A stretch of 64,000 nucleotides of DNA, from NCBI GenBank assembly GCA_951406725.2, contig OX597816.1, forward strand, positions 148,676,001-148,740,000, written 5' to 3'. The stretch is from Octopus vulgaris. Taxonomy: Eukaryota. The translations under genes and the position numbers were made by a program. Within the stretch, counting starts at the first letter, position 1; every line of letters starts with the position of its first letter. Below are positions 27,926 through 40,246 of the stretch, piece by piece. The notes under the pieces are model-generated. The model ran no database searches. It had not been told where the DNA came from and saw only the letters and a list, made by a program, of their open reading frames with translations.

Positions 27926-28559
27926 TATACTGACTATCTTCGATGAAAATCGCATTGTGTTTGTACCATTGGTTTTCATTGGGGAATTGTATGTAATAAC
28001 TTATATAGAGTTATCTGTAGCTCTTTAAACCCAGCACGATCAGGCATCATACGAATAATACCAGAATGCGTGTGAATGTGGACAGTTGGGTGGTGTAGCA
28101 GAATGATTAAGAAGTTGTCATTAAGACACAAGCATTCTGAGCAAGTGTTTTTAAACATGTTGCTATACGACCTAAGCTTTGTGAATGAAATTAGGTCATT
28201 TTGGTTGTTATTGTTGTTGTTCTTTCTTAGTACCAAGAAGACACTGGCCGAGCAGAACTATGCACTATATCATTGCATTGAGATTTCTAAGGGTGTCTAG
28301 AACATTGTTTCATGTTTCCTAATCTCATTTGAGAATGCAGGATACGTTTTGAGGGAAATTTTGTTGTTATTTCTAGCAAATCGGGAGACCCTCTTGAAGC
28401 GTTTTTTTTTTTTTTTACAGCAAAATTTATTTCGCTCGTACATCAACTCATACATTTCCACACCAGAAAAGAACGTTATTTACAGATTTCGAGGCCTGAA
28501 AATTTCTTGAGTATCAGATGAACTGTAGTCTAAATTCATAGGAATTGGTTTTGTAACAC

Positions 28560-28680
28560 TGATTCTGCCTAAGGATTACGTTAAGGGTATAAGTGTTTTT
28601 GGATTACTCGTCCACTTACATTTTAAAACAATGGGTTGATACTTTAGTTCAACGAGCAATTCGAACACTTATCATCGAAA
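28560..28680 (+). mobile_element. SINE family 3 degraded fragment
   Basis: tacgttaagggta matches the reverse complement of 57395-57407. Confidence 0.5.
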
Positions 28681-28770
28681 TTGACGACTGATAAATCAGT
28701 CATGTGCACAATCAATAAAATTGTATCATTTTGAGTTTGAAAGAAAAATCTAAATACAATAAATATTATA

Positions 28771-29721
28771 CCTTTTATCTTTTATTTGTTTTAGTAGTTA
28801 TACTACGGCCATGATGGGGTACTGCCTTGAAGAATCGACCCCGGCACTTATCTGTCAGTCTCTTTGGCGAAACAGCTAAGTTATGGGGATGTAAACACAC
28901 CCAAACGAGTCATTAAGTTATGGCTGGACACACACACACACTCGCATATATATATATAGTGAGAATTTACAAAAAAAAATCAAACAGATGTATTAGTTTA
29001 ACGCTCGGGAAGTGAGAAATTCTTTTACGTTTCGAGCCTATTCATTTCGACAGAAATGAACACAGAAATAAACAGCGAGAGAAAATAGAAGGGGTTTTGT
29101 GGCTAGCGATCTATCATGGCGAATGCCGGACAGAGGGGTCACACAGGGAGAGGGTGGAAAGGAGAAGGTGGGTAGGAGTGAAGAAAGGAAGTAGGTGTCA
29201 GAGCAAGAGAGGAGAGATGAATGGGAGGAAGTAGGTGTGAGAGGAAGAGAGTAGAGACGAGGAGGGTTAGATGAAGAGGGAAGAAATTTGAGCCCATGTG
29301 GGGCAAAGGAGCGAAGAGAGGAGATTCATCCTTGCTCACAGCAAAGACGGGAGTCCGGATGGTCCCTGTGCTAGGACAGTCCGAACACAGACAGGTGTTG
29401 TAAAGAGTGACCGGTAGAGTGGAAATGGCATGAGATCAGGGCATTGTTGCCGAGTTTGTGGTCTCGGAGGTGTTCCGCGAACCAGTCAGCCAAGCGGCGT
29501 CCCCTTTGACCGATGTATAGAGAAGGACAGAGAGAGCAAGAGATGCAGCAGATGATGTTGCTAGAAGTACAAACGGGCTTCTTTCAGTTTCTGTCTACCC
29601 AATCCACACACAAGGTCGGTCCGAGGCCACAGTAGAAGACACTTACCCAAAGTGCTATTCTCTGGGACTGAACCTAGAACCATGTGTTCAGTAAGCAAGC
29701 TTCTTACCACACAGCCACACC
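28771..29721 (-). mobile_element. SINE family 1 split into 28771-28958 and 29573-29721 by a PLE
   Basis: The two halves are collinear with intact copies; the break is at the internal microsatellite. Confidence 0.85.
28960..29572 (-). mobile_element. Penelope-like element 3' fragment: GIY-YIG nuclease plus pLTR
   Basis: CTSSNIICCISCSLCPSLYIGQRGRRLADWFAEHLRD..CHFHSTGHSLQHLSVFGL..PHGL; degenerate hammerhead CUGUCGA..GCUC-GAAA-CG-UA at 29022-29057. Confidence 0.9.
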
Positions 29722-29816
29722 TTAGATTTTTTTCTAAATCATTTTAATAGTTCGCTATAAGTGGCTTGATCTTTTGAACTTACAATTCACACGAAAACGT
29801 ATGCAATATTTGGTTT

Positions 29817-29897
<81 letters not shown>

Positions 29898-30212
29898 CAC
29901 GCCTTCAAAGTCGAAGAAAAGATTATTTAACATATTTAGATATTTTCAGAAAAACTTTGTCAGAATATATTTTAAAATTATTCTCTCGAGTTTGATTTAT
30001 ATGAATGTCATTTTCGTTCCTTCACTGTATTATGAAATTAAATAAGACCTCTGGAGATATCTTTCAGTTTTCATTATAAGATTATATATAAAAATATTAA
30101 AAACATTCAAATAATTGCAGAGTCGGCATACTCGCATTAACTAAGATATTCCTAGATGCTTTTCAATATTAAGTTGCTGTTATATATGTGTGTGTATGTG
30201 CGTACATATATT

Positions 30213-30250
<38 letters not shown>

Positions 30251-30849
30251 CATATATGTATGCATGTTTGTGTATATGGACATACATACATATATACAAA
30301 CATGCGTAAATATACGCGTAGGTTTGATGTAGATGTCTATGTATGAATGTATATTTAAGGATATAAGTATGTTTGTACATTTATATATGTGTGTACATAC
30401 ATACACAAATACATACATATATACATATATTTATTTGTATCTATAAGTACTTATATGTGTGTGTGTATACAGGTGGATGTGTGTCTACGAGAGAGAGAGA
30501 GAGAGAAAGAAAGAGAAAGAGAAAGAGTGTCTGTGTGAGAGAGAGTGTGTGAGAGAGAGAAAGATGAAAACATACTTTTATAATATCTTCTTGTTCAACG
30601 ACAAAATTAACATCGGTTCTTACATAAATTTTCTGCCGCATATTATTCCCACATTTCACGTCTGAACATATCTAAATATTTATATTACATCACAATATAT
30701 TCAACAATTTATAGTATTCTCGAGAGCAGCATTTTCTCTACTTGTTTGGGTTCTTTGTTTTTCTTTTTTTTAAATCTCTTTTATTCTTACGATGATTGCG
30801 ATTATTGTTGTTATTACAAGTGGTAGCTGTGGCGAAGGTAATGGTGGTA

Positions 30850-30918
<69 letters not shown>

Positions 30919-31083
30919 TTTTCACGCTCTCATAATAAACCGAGAATTCCCTTGTTACTTTTACTCATGCCACTCAGATGATTTGATCATAATGAAAGGT
31001 GTATTGATGAGTTACAATAGCGAAGCCATAATAAGATCTCTCTTTATCTCTCTCTCTTTTTTTTCTTTATTTATTTCTCTCTC

Positions 31084-31122
<39 letters not shown>

Positions 31123-31135
31123 TTCTCTATTTCGC

Positions 31136-31166
<31 letters not shown>

Positions 31167-32382
31167 TTCTGTCTATTTCACTATATATACATACATATAT
31201 ATATATGTATATATATATACATATATCTTTTTTCTGTCTATTTTGTACATAAACATTTAGCCTTTCTACGTTTGGTATCGCGAGAATGATCTACAATTGA
31301 ATTCATTCATAATATTGACGCATTTCGAACTTGGCATTTAAAGAATATTCCTTTGCAAAAATATTTTTGTCATTTGCCGAGGGAATTTTTCTAAGACTGA
31401 TTCAATTTGCTTTGAAATTATAATTTAAATAAAACAATCTATTACCACCATTATATATACCACCACCACCACATTCGCTTCATAATTATCACAGTCCATC
31501 ACACCACCAACATCGTATAATTTCGCCGTCTTTTCGTATCCTCAAATCTCTTTGGCTCTGCTTCTCGAAATTACAGAAATGTCTACATTTTCTAAAAGAT
31601 TTGTGTTTTTGTTTGTCATTATTTGGTAGAGGTGGAATTTTTCTGCCTTCTTCCATATATTCCGAGAGATATTTTGGTGAGATGTCTCTATCAGCAACTT
31701 TTCCTTTCTTTAGCTATCTCTCTATCCATCCATTCATCTATCAATCTACGATACTTTCTCTCCCTCCTTTCTTCTCTTGCACATATCACATCTCTTTCAG
31801 TATCTCTCGCTGCTCGATCAGGCGTATCCGTGTGTATATATATATATACGAACACACATGCACTCATACAGATACATGCATGTGTCGTGGAATGAATGAA
31901 TAGATGTATGTGTATTTAGTTAAAGTCAATATTTTATGGCGATTTTAAGAAAAACAACAGAAGATTTGCTGATTCATCGGGTAAAATTATGATAAAATTC
32001 GTTGTCACTGGAAATATAACTTTCACCAGGCAGCTTATTTAACTAGCGAAAAAACAGTTCTGATACCTATAAAGGGAAATGATGGAAACTCTCATTAATT
32101 GAAAGGGATGCTGAACATAGTGAACTATAGTTGTAATGAAAATTCTAAATAACACGAGCCTTTTTATGAGTTGTGTTTTTGTTATTAGCTTTTGTTATTA
32201 GCTTCTTTTTTTTTTGTAAGCGCAAAAATCTGATGAATGTGTTAAAAGGTCAAATAAATATGTTAAAGGGGGCTGAGTTAAGAAGTAAAATGAAAGGAAG
32301 AATAACGAAAAGGATGAAGGAAACAAAAGATAATGAAAAAATGATGGTAAATGATTCCTTATATCCTTAAATCTTTAAAAAA

Positions 32383-32825
32383 TTTTCAGTTCGAAAGCTG
32401 CGACCATGCTGGGGCACCACCGTTGAATGTGCTACACTAGTATGTGAAACCACCTCTGATACGTGGAACTTGGTCAACAAGGGCGTTCGACGCCGCTGTC
32501 CGCATCTGTGTTTCCTGCCGAGAAGTAGGTTCATCTGGAACACCTGACAAGAAGAGATCCAATTTAGTTTTAAAGAAACCCACATCCACACCATGCAGGT
32601 CTCTCAGGCATTTAGGAAGGATATTGAAGAGCTGTGGTCCCTTGAAACCCAAGCTGTTGCAGTATCTGGTCCTGTATTTTGATGGTGATGTTGAGATCTT
32701 TGGCACCATGCAGCGGCGCACCGTTCTGCTGTTGGGGTAACTTTCAATGCCAAAATTCAGGACAAGGCCCTCCAGGATTTTCCAGATGTATATCACTGCA
32801 TATCTCTCCCGCCTTCGCTCCAGGG
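32383..32825 (-). mobile_element. CR1-like LINE 3' end
   Basis: LERRRERYAVIYIWKILEGLV.NFGI..GPQLFNILPKCLRD..FKTKLDLFLSGVPDEP; short 3' UTR ggtggtgccccagcatggtcgcagc..tgaaa. Confidence 0.9.
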
Positions 32826-33215
32826 ATTGTCAATGAATGGTCCAAGTAAGAAATAGGAATGCAGACGTGTTGTTTCTACTGTAATAATCTAGGTGAAAAA
32901 AGGCTATCATAGGTATCATAAATATTTAAGCTTTTGTGTTGATGTTTTAGTTATGTTTTGTGTGTGGATCGGTCTTGATTTATGTATTTATTTGCGTGTA
33001 GAAGTGTGAATGATATTATGCTGTTTTTATGTATTTTTGTAGAACATAAGACTAAATTTCAAATGAAGGGAGAATATCAAAGAAGTAAATATTACCATGG
33101 TAAATTAAAATTATTATTTATAAGTTTAATGACATAGAGGCTTCAGTTTAGAATTTTCTTGATAAAAATTAAATGTTACGTTGTGTATTTATCTTATAAA
33201 AGATAAACGCGATTG

Positions 33216-33500
33216 CTTTTATCTTTTATAATTAACTTGTTTCAGTCATTAGATTGTGACCATGCTAGGGTAACGCCTTGAACAATTTGTTTTAGTCGAA
33301 TGAATCGACCACCGTACTTTATTTTTTTTTTTAAGCCTGATAGTTATTCTATCGGTTTCCTTTTTACCGAACCACTAGATTACGGGGACGTAAACACACC
33401 AATACCTATTGTCAAGTGGTGGTGGGGAATTTACACACACACAAGCACACAAACACACACACACACACTTATATATCTGCTTGGGGCTATAGTAGAAGGC
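33216..33500 (-). mobile_element. SINE family 1, older copy
   Basis: cttgtttcagtcatt..ccatgct..tagtcgaatgaatcgacc..tattctatcggt..ggggacgtaaacacacca. Confidence 0.85.
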
Positions 33501-34990
33501 GTATTTGTATTAATCTGTGTATAGTAACTTTAATGATCTAAAATACGAATATTCATATGCTCCTGTAAATGTACGTGTGTATGTATTTAGCTTGTTTGTA
33601 TTAAATACACACACACACACACACACATACATATATACATGTGTGTGTGCGTATGCGTGTGTGTGTGTATGTGTGTGTGACTATGGTATTGTACAAAGGT
33701 CATTGAATATAGTTTAGTGTTTCTTATAAAAGATAAATAGCAAAGATATATCTCTGAAATTAATATTAAGATACAATAAAAAGAGCAAAGAATGAAGATG
33801 TGTTACACCTTATGTTAGTATCTATTTTTTAAATTAGCTCGCTTAACATATAGTCATGAACACAGGTATGGCTATAATCATATTTATATATGCCTATACA
33901 ACTGAATGCACTGTATATTTCTATTTGCTGTATATATAAGTATGGAGCAATGCATTTTATATAAGTCTGTATTTTGAGATATATGTCTTAAACTTTATCA
34001 ATATACTATAATAAGAAACATAGGTTTTTCTTAATGACAGGTACTGCAGATTGCTAAAATATAATGCATTTTCTCACAGAAGCAGAGTCAGTATGTACCA
34101 AATGAAAATTAGTATAACAGTACCTTGTCAAGAATGTTCAATATTACATTGGAGAAGTCGTTTTCTTGATCTTATAGTTTCCAGGTTAAAAGGACCATAT
34201 ACAGGTTGAGATTCTTGTCCTATATTAGAAGCAGTGCATATGATGTGAAAATCTTCCATGAAAGCATTATCTAGCTGCCTGGTGTCTCAGATGCCTCCAG
34301 ATACTACTTTGAAGTGTTTCTTTGATAAGCAGGATCCACCCAGTGGGTTGTTGGTAGAATTTCAGAAATTACAAGTGAAATACTATGTGGGTGCATGCTT
34401 GCTTCTGTTATATTTTACAGTGTTGGAAATGATTTTATTTAAGCACCAGTAGCTAGCCATGACATTATGAGAGTTGAAGACTTTATTATAACTATGGGTT
34501 CTTGAGAACTGCTAGCTAATTACTATCAAGAGGCTCCAAGCTTTATTAATATAACCATCTTGATTAAATAGAGAATTATACCAGATTAAATATTTTCTAA
34601 CTCTTGTCATGTTTTGGGATGGGCTCTTCATAATATTCTCTTAGGTATATAAATGCCTGAATAAATATATACTCATATGTGAACTTGAATGCTAATATAA
34701 AAAACGTAGAAAAGTTTGCCAAAATACAAACACAATTAGATCTACAGCCAAGCAAGCATGCAGCATAGGGAATACGTCAATTTGGTATCAATTAATTGTT
34801 GAAATTCTTTTATATTCTTTCACCTTTTAACCCTTAAAAGTAGTGTGTGTGTGTGTGTGTATGTGTATGTGTGTGTATGTGTGTATGTGTGTGTGTGCGT
34901 GTACAATTCAAATTTACAGAAAACAAAAGACGAAGACAGTTGTAAGAACAACAAGCAAGTCTATATGTGTATGTGTGTGTGTATTTAAGT

Positions 34991-35099
<109 letters not shown>

Positions 35100-35140
35100 T
35101 AGATAGAAGGACAGGCTTACATACATATACATAGACAAAA

Positions 35141-35418
35141 ATATATAAAGAACATTAATACGATTGAGAGATATTAATGTTAGTGGCCGCAAGCTAAAAC
35201 CGTATAGGCCAAATGAAAATTATAGGCAAAGATAGTGTTAACTTTAGTGGCTTCGGAGTGCGCCCTTGCTATATATAATTCTTGCCCCAGCATGGCCACA
35301 GTCTAATAACTGAAACGAGTAAAAGATAAAAGATATCTATTAATTTTTGTCTATACGTTTCTAGCTTGCGGCCACTTACATTAGTATCTCTCATAAGTAT
35401 TAATGTTCTTAATATATA
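35141..35418. repeat. ~75-bp imperfect inverted repeat with ~130-bp spacer
   Basis: aagaacattaatac..agtggccgcaagcta..cgtatag (35141-35213) versus its reverse complement (35345-35418). Confidence 0.85.
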
Positions 35419-36067
35419 TATATTTTTTTATAATTTGTATTCACTCAATTCGTTTTTCTCATGGCGGTTTGGGCACAGAAACAAACACAGACATTGGTTA
35501 GAATGATATATAAGAGTTTGTTACTAGTAGACTTGGCTGAGGAGAATCAAGCGTATCTTAGCACTAAATTCGAAATCATGATATCAAGTTAACTGACATC
35601 ACCTCTTGTAATTTTGCAGAGGTAAGACGTAAACCTTATTTCACCTAGTTTTTTTTTCCAATATGATCGAATGCCACGCATCCATTTTATCTTTATAATT
35701 CCGATGCGCACTCTATCCCTCATTATTCTTTCTATATATCTCCCTCTCTTGTTCTTCTTCCTTTCCGTTTTTCTCTCCCACCCTTTCCCTATTCTTCTCA
35801 CCTCCCCTTCACCATTCCCCCTCTCTCTCTCACTCTTCCAATTTGACTCTCTCGTTGTTCTTGCTCACGCGTGACCAACGGCTACCCATCTTTTTTTCTT
35901 CCATTTAGTCTTACAGCTGTTTCCGGGATATTAAGGATATCTCTTTCACCAGAGACGATGTGAGATGGTTAAATAGAGGGAAATATTAGAGTTCAATATA
36001 AGGAGTTATTTGGAAAAGGAAGGAAATGAGGAGTATTTTCCCTATTTACTCCTTATTTCCTACCTTC

Positions 36068-36091
36068 CATTTGACCGTCTTTTTCTGTTTC

Positions 36092-36151
<60 letters not shown>

Positions 36152-36175
36152 GAAACAGAAAAAGACGGTCAAATG
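36068..36175. repeat. Perfect 108-bp palindrome: 28-bp unique arms around a (TA)n centre
   Basis: catttgaccgtctttttctgtttctctg-(TA)n-cagagaaacagaaaaagacggtcaaatg. Confidence 0.97.
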
Positions 36176-36177
36176 TG

Positions 36178-36728
36178 CAGGCATAGCCATATAGTTAACA
36201 AGCGCGCTTTGCAATCACGTGGTTTCGGGTTCTGCCCCATTGCGCGGAAATTAGGTAAGTGCCTATTCTACTCTAGGCACAACGCCTAAAACTTTGGTGG
36301 AAGGGGCCAGTTGATTAGATCGACGCCAATATTCAACTGCTACTTAATTTATCGACCCCGAAAGGATGAAAGGTAAAGTCGACCACGTCGGATTTTGAAC
36401 TCAGAACGTAAAGAAAGACGAAAAACTTCTAAACATTTAGCACGGCGTGCTAACGTTTCTGCCAGCTCGCCGCCTTAAGTAAGTGCCTTCTACTATCACC
36501 CTAGATGTGTATGTGTGTGTGTCTTTCTGTTTCTTCTTCCACCGCTTGACAACCGGTGTTGGTTTGTTTATGTTCCCATAACTTAGCGGTTTAGAAAAAG
36601 AGCGGCAGAATATATACCATATTTTTAAAAAGAACTAATAGTAGAGTCGATGTGTTCGACTAAGCCCTTCAAGGTGGTGGCCCAGCATGGTTGCAGTCCA
36701 ATGTCAGAGACAAGTAGAGATAATAGAA
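36178..36728 (+). mobile_element. Old SINE family 1 copy interrupted by SINE family 2
   Basis: Head at 36178-36265; body resumes at 36479 and ends ..cccagcatggttgcagtccaatg. Confidence 0.8.
36266..36476 (-). mobile_element. SINE family 2 nested insertion with TSD
   Basis: gtaagtgcct at 36255-36264 and 36479-36488. Confidence 0.9.
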
Positions 36729-36779
36729 ATACGGACATATATATATATATATAAAAACACCAGAGCAACCAAATGAAAT

Positions 36780-36825
<46 letters not shown>

Positions 36826-36942
36826 AAAGTGTGTGTTTGTGTGAGTATTACACCGTCACTCATTCATCAAACTGTTTATCTTTCTCTTGCTGTATCTATC
36901 TCTCCTTCCTTCCGTCTGTCGTTCTAGCTATCACTATCTCGC

Positions 36943-36979
<37 letters not shown>

Positions 36980-37525
36980 TTGTATTCCCAGGCTGATAGT
37001 TTAACAGTTGTTAAGTTTATTGATTGCATTTCCTATTTCCCAACTCCGAAAAAATATACAGGGAATATCTTTTGTTAAAACTAATAAACACATTTCTATT
37101 ATTCTACTTCATGTAAAACTTTTGCTATATTTGGGGCATTTATGTTATTTATTTTCCATCATTCTTTTGTTTTTTGTTTTATTTCTATCTCTGTTTCTCT
37201 CTCGAAAATATCTTTATTCTCCATTTTTCCATCTTATGGGACTTGTTTTCCTTTTTCATTTGCTTCCCCCTCCTCATCATCTTCCTCCTTCTTCTTCTTC
37301 TTCTCCTAACTACCACTACTAATACCAACGCCGCCGCCACCACCACCACTAACACCACATGTTTTTCTTGTTCTAAGACTCCAAGATATTTTTGTTCTTG
37401 TTCTAACTGTTCTCCTCTGCATCATTTCTTTTTCTTCTTATACTCCTTCACTGCTCTCTTGTACATATTCTTGTTATTCTCCTTCTTTTGCTATGATAAT
37501 AATAATAATGATAATAATAATAATA

Positions 37526-37579
<54 letters not shown>

Positions 37580-38060
37580 TTCTTCCTTGTCCTCTTTACC
37601 TCCTTGTTCTTCTCGTTCACTTTACTCTGCTTATTCTTATTCTTATTCTTCGTCTTCGACTTCTGCTTCTTCTTCTTCATTTTATGTTGTAACTGTTTTC
37701 TTTTTTTTTATATATAATTTCTGTTGTTCTGTTTATTCTTGTTATTTTGTTGTTGTTCTTGCAATCGTTTTTGTTATTATTTCATTAAATCTGACTACTT
37801 CTATTTTTACTTTCACACAAGATGAATGCAATGTTAATAGTCAAATCAAAAATATCAGGATACTCTGCTCAAGATCAGACTTCGGACAATGTCCCAAAAT
37901 CTCTAAGGAAAACAAAGCTTTTGTTAAAGAAAACAAAAGCAAAGCAAAATAAAGTCACAGAAAATAACGAAATGTATTGATAGAAACAACACGTTGTGAA
38001 GAGATGTTCTTCTGCTCAAATTTACAGGCGCGCGCACATCTGCACACACACATACACACG

Positions 38061-38098
<38 letters not shown>

Positions 38099-38254
38099 TA
38101 CACTCACACAAATGTACATACACAAATGCATCGCAAATGATCGCAAAGTTTTTAATTTATGAGAAAATAGTTTGTTGTTATTGTTCTTGTTCTTGTTCTT
38201 GATTAACCCAGGTCATTTTTTTACTGGAACAAACCTATTCTTTTTTTTTCAGAT

Positions 38255-39890
38255 ACAGTACACAGTATATCTAAGGCTACATTGTCCAATGTGTTCCTCC
38301 ACTTTTAAGACGGCAGATCGTGATTTAAAGGACTTTGACTGCTATTTCAATCAGGTCGAACGGTTTCATAGAAACTACTTCGCTGGCTTGTTTCGAAGAC
38401 GCTGCTATTGAGGAGTGGCGGTGCTGAAGGGGTTGTGGTTGGATATTGTCATATCAGTTATATGATGGTTAATATGTTTAATTAATATGAGTTACATTTA
38501 ATATGACAGGCTTAATTAATATAAAGGGTTAATATAAAAGGCTGTTGAATGAAGTTGCTGATAAGAATTGGATTAAACATCTCATTTGTAAAATAATTAG
38601 TGGAATTATCACTGTTGCTATTGGTGGTCAGGGTTTGAGTTATTGCGAAAATAAAGGTTTTGGTACTGACATTGTTTGCGTGATGATCAAAAGAATTCCA
38701 GTCGTGACCATCCTCTCCTTTATTGATGCAAAGAGCATCAAGGAGTACATAATCGAATGTGTTGATATTTAAATACAAACAGTTTGAGATATTTGTAGGA
38801 GACGTCGCTGCCGTTTCAGCGAGATCACAAAAAATAAGTATACTCTTTACTCTTTTACTCTTTTACTTGTTTCAGTCATTTGACTGCGGCCATGCTGGAG
38901 CACCGCCTTTAGTCGAGCAAATCGACCCCGGGACTTATTGTTTGTAAGCCCAGTACTTATTCTATCGGTCTCTTTTGCCGAACCGCTAAGTGACGGGGAC
39001 GTAAACACACCAGCATCGGTTGTCAAGCAATGCTAGGGGGACAAACACATACACACACATACATATATACATATATACGACGGGCTTCTTTCAGTTTCCG
39101 TCTACCAAATCCACTCACAAATCATTGGTCGACCCGGGGCTATAGCAGAAGACACTTGCCCAAGGTGCCACGCAGTGGGACTGAACCCGGAACCATGTGG
39201 TTGGTTAGCAAGCTACTTACCACACGGCCACTCCTGCGCCTATATCTAGGATTACATTATATTATTTGTACTTTTTTTCTAAACCCGCAGGGTGAGATTT
39301 GAAGGAAATGTTTTAGGTGTTGTTGTTTAGCCTCGAGTGAAAGGTAAATCAACTATGACCATCCAATCAGTTTCTTCTAGACATAATGTATCGGATATAA
39401 TATAGGACATACCCAGTATGTCCTATATTTTTTTGATGGTACAGTGTGGTTCGAAGTTCTATAGATTTATATTTCTAAAAGGTCGAGAGACCATGTAAAT
39501 GCCTCTCATGTTTGATTGTGGTGTTATTAGTAGCTGCTTCTTCTTTGTTAATACGACCTTGATCATGCACCGAGCATCCTTATGATAAAATGTATTCCAG
39601 CCGCGTCTATCCTTCCTTTCTTGCTCTTTTATAGTTTATATCAGGGACTACATCATCCTCCCTTTCTTTAAAGTTTTTTGTTGTGGCCTCAGAAAATTAC
39701 GGTCGTGTGTGTATTGCTCTTAAGAGAGAAAAATAAGCTCAGCCGGGCCCATCCCGTCTCCCCTTAGGCATAATGCACATATAACATTATCCTTTATTTT
39801 CTAAAACTGTAGGGGATGATTTGAGGAATTTTTGACTGCTATATCTAGAATGTCTATTGAATAGAGGCATTCCCTCAATTGGTTCATGAC
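38255..39890 (+). repeat. Cluster of about six diverged, same-orientation copies of an unclassified ~150-bp dispersed repeat
   Basis: Recurring blocks ccag.c.tgaccatcc / tatctaggactacatt / ggg..tgatttga / ctgctatttc near 38265, 38680, 39243, 39350, 39590 and 39740; fragments also near 28330 and 41160. Confidence 0.6.
38843..39243 (-). mobile_element. SINE family 1, full length, young
   Basis: Complete head, body and (aaaagagt)n tail. Confidence 0.97.
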
Positions 39891-40187
39891 TACTGCGGGT
39901 TATTTTTCTAATAAAAAAAAAGCAGTATTAACAAGAAAAGGGGAGTTACATTGAAAAATGTAGGTGTTTACTAGATGTAGTGAAATGCGGTACAAGTTAA
40001 ATTTAAGTTGGAGAAGGCGGAGAAATTACAGACTGATTAATAACACAGCGCTGTCTTCTAAGCCGCCATATTTCTTCAAATGATTGCTTTTAATCATTTA
40101 ACCAGAATGAAGTTGAATATTGACTTTCCCTGAAAAATCCTCCCTCCCTCTCTTCTTTTACTCTTTGCATTTCTGTGTGCATGTGTG

Positions 40188-40246
<59 letters not shown>

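Noticed and set aside
29320-29380. In-frame TGA in the PLE nuclease as selenocysteine (as in some Naiad PLEs)
   Set aside because: A TAG and a frameshift lie nearby, the position is not an expected Cys, and no SECIS is seen; ordinary decay.
33950-34500. Possible decayed CR1 remnant on the minus strand (PGNY-like)
   Set aside because: One weak motif is not enough.
38235-38411. Strong-looking splice acceptor (ttttttttcag at 38252) followed by an open frame
   Set aside because: Downstream sequence is a dispersed repeat copy, with no convincing donor or protein similarity.
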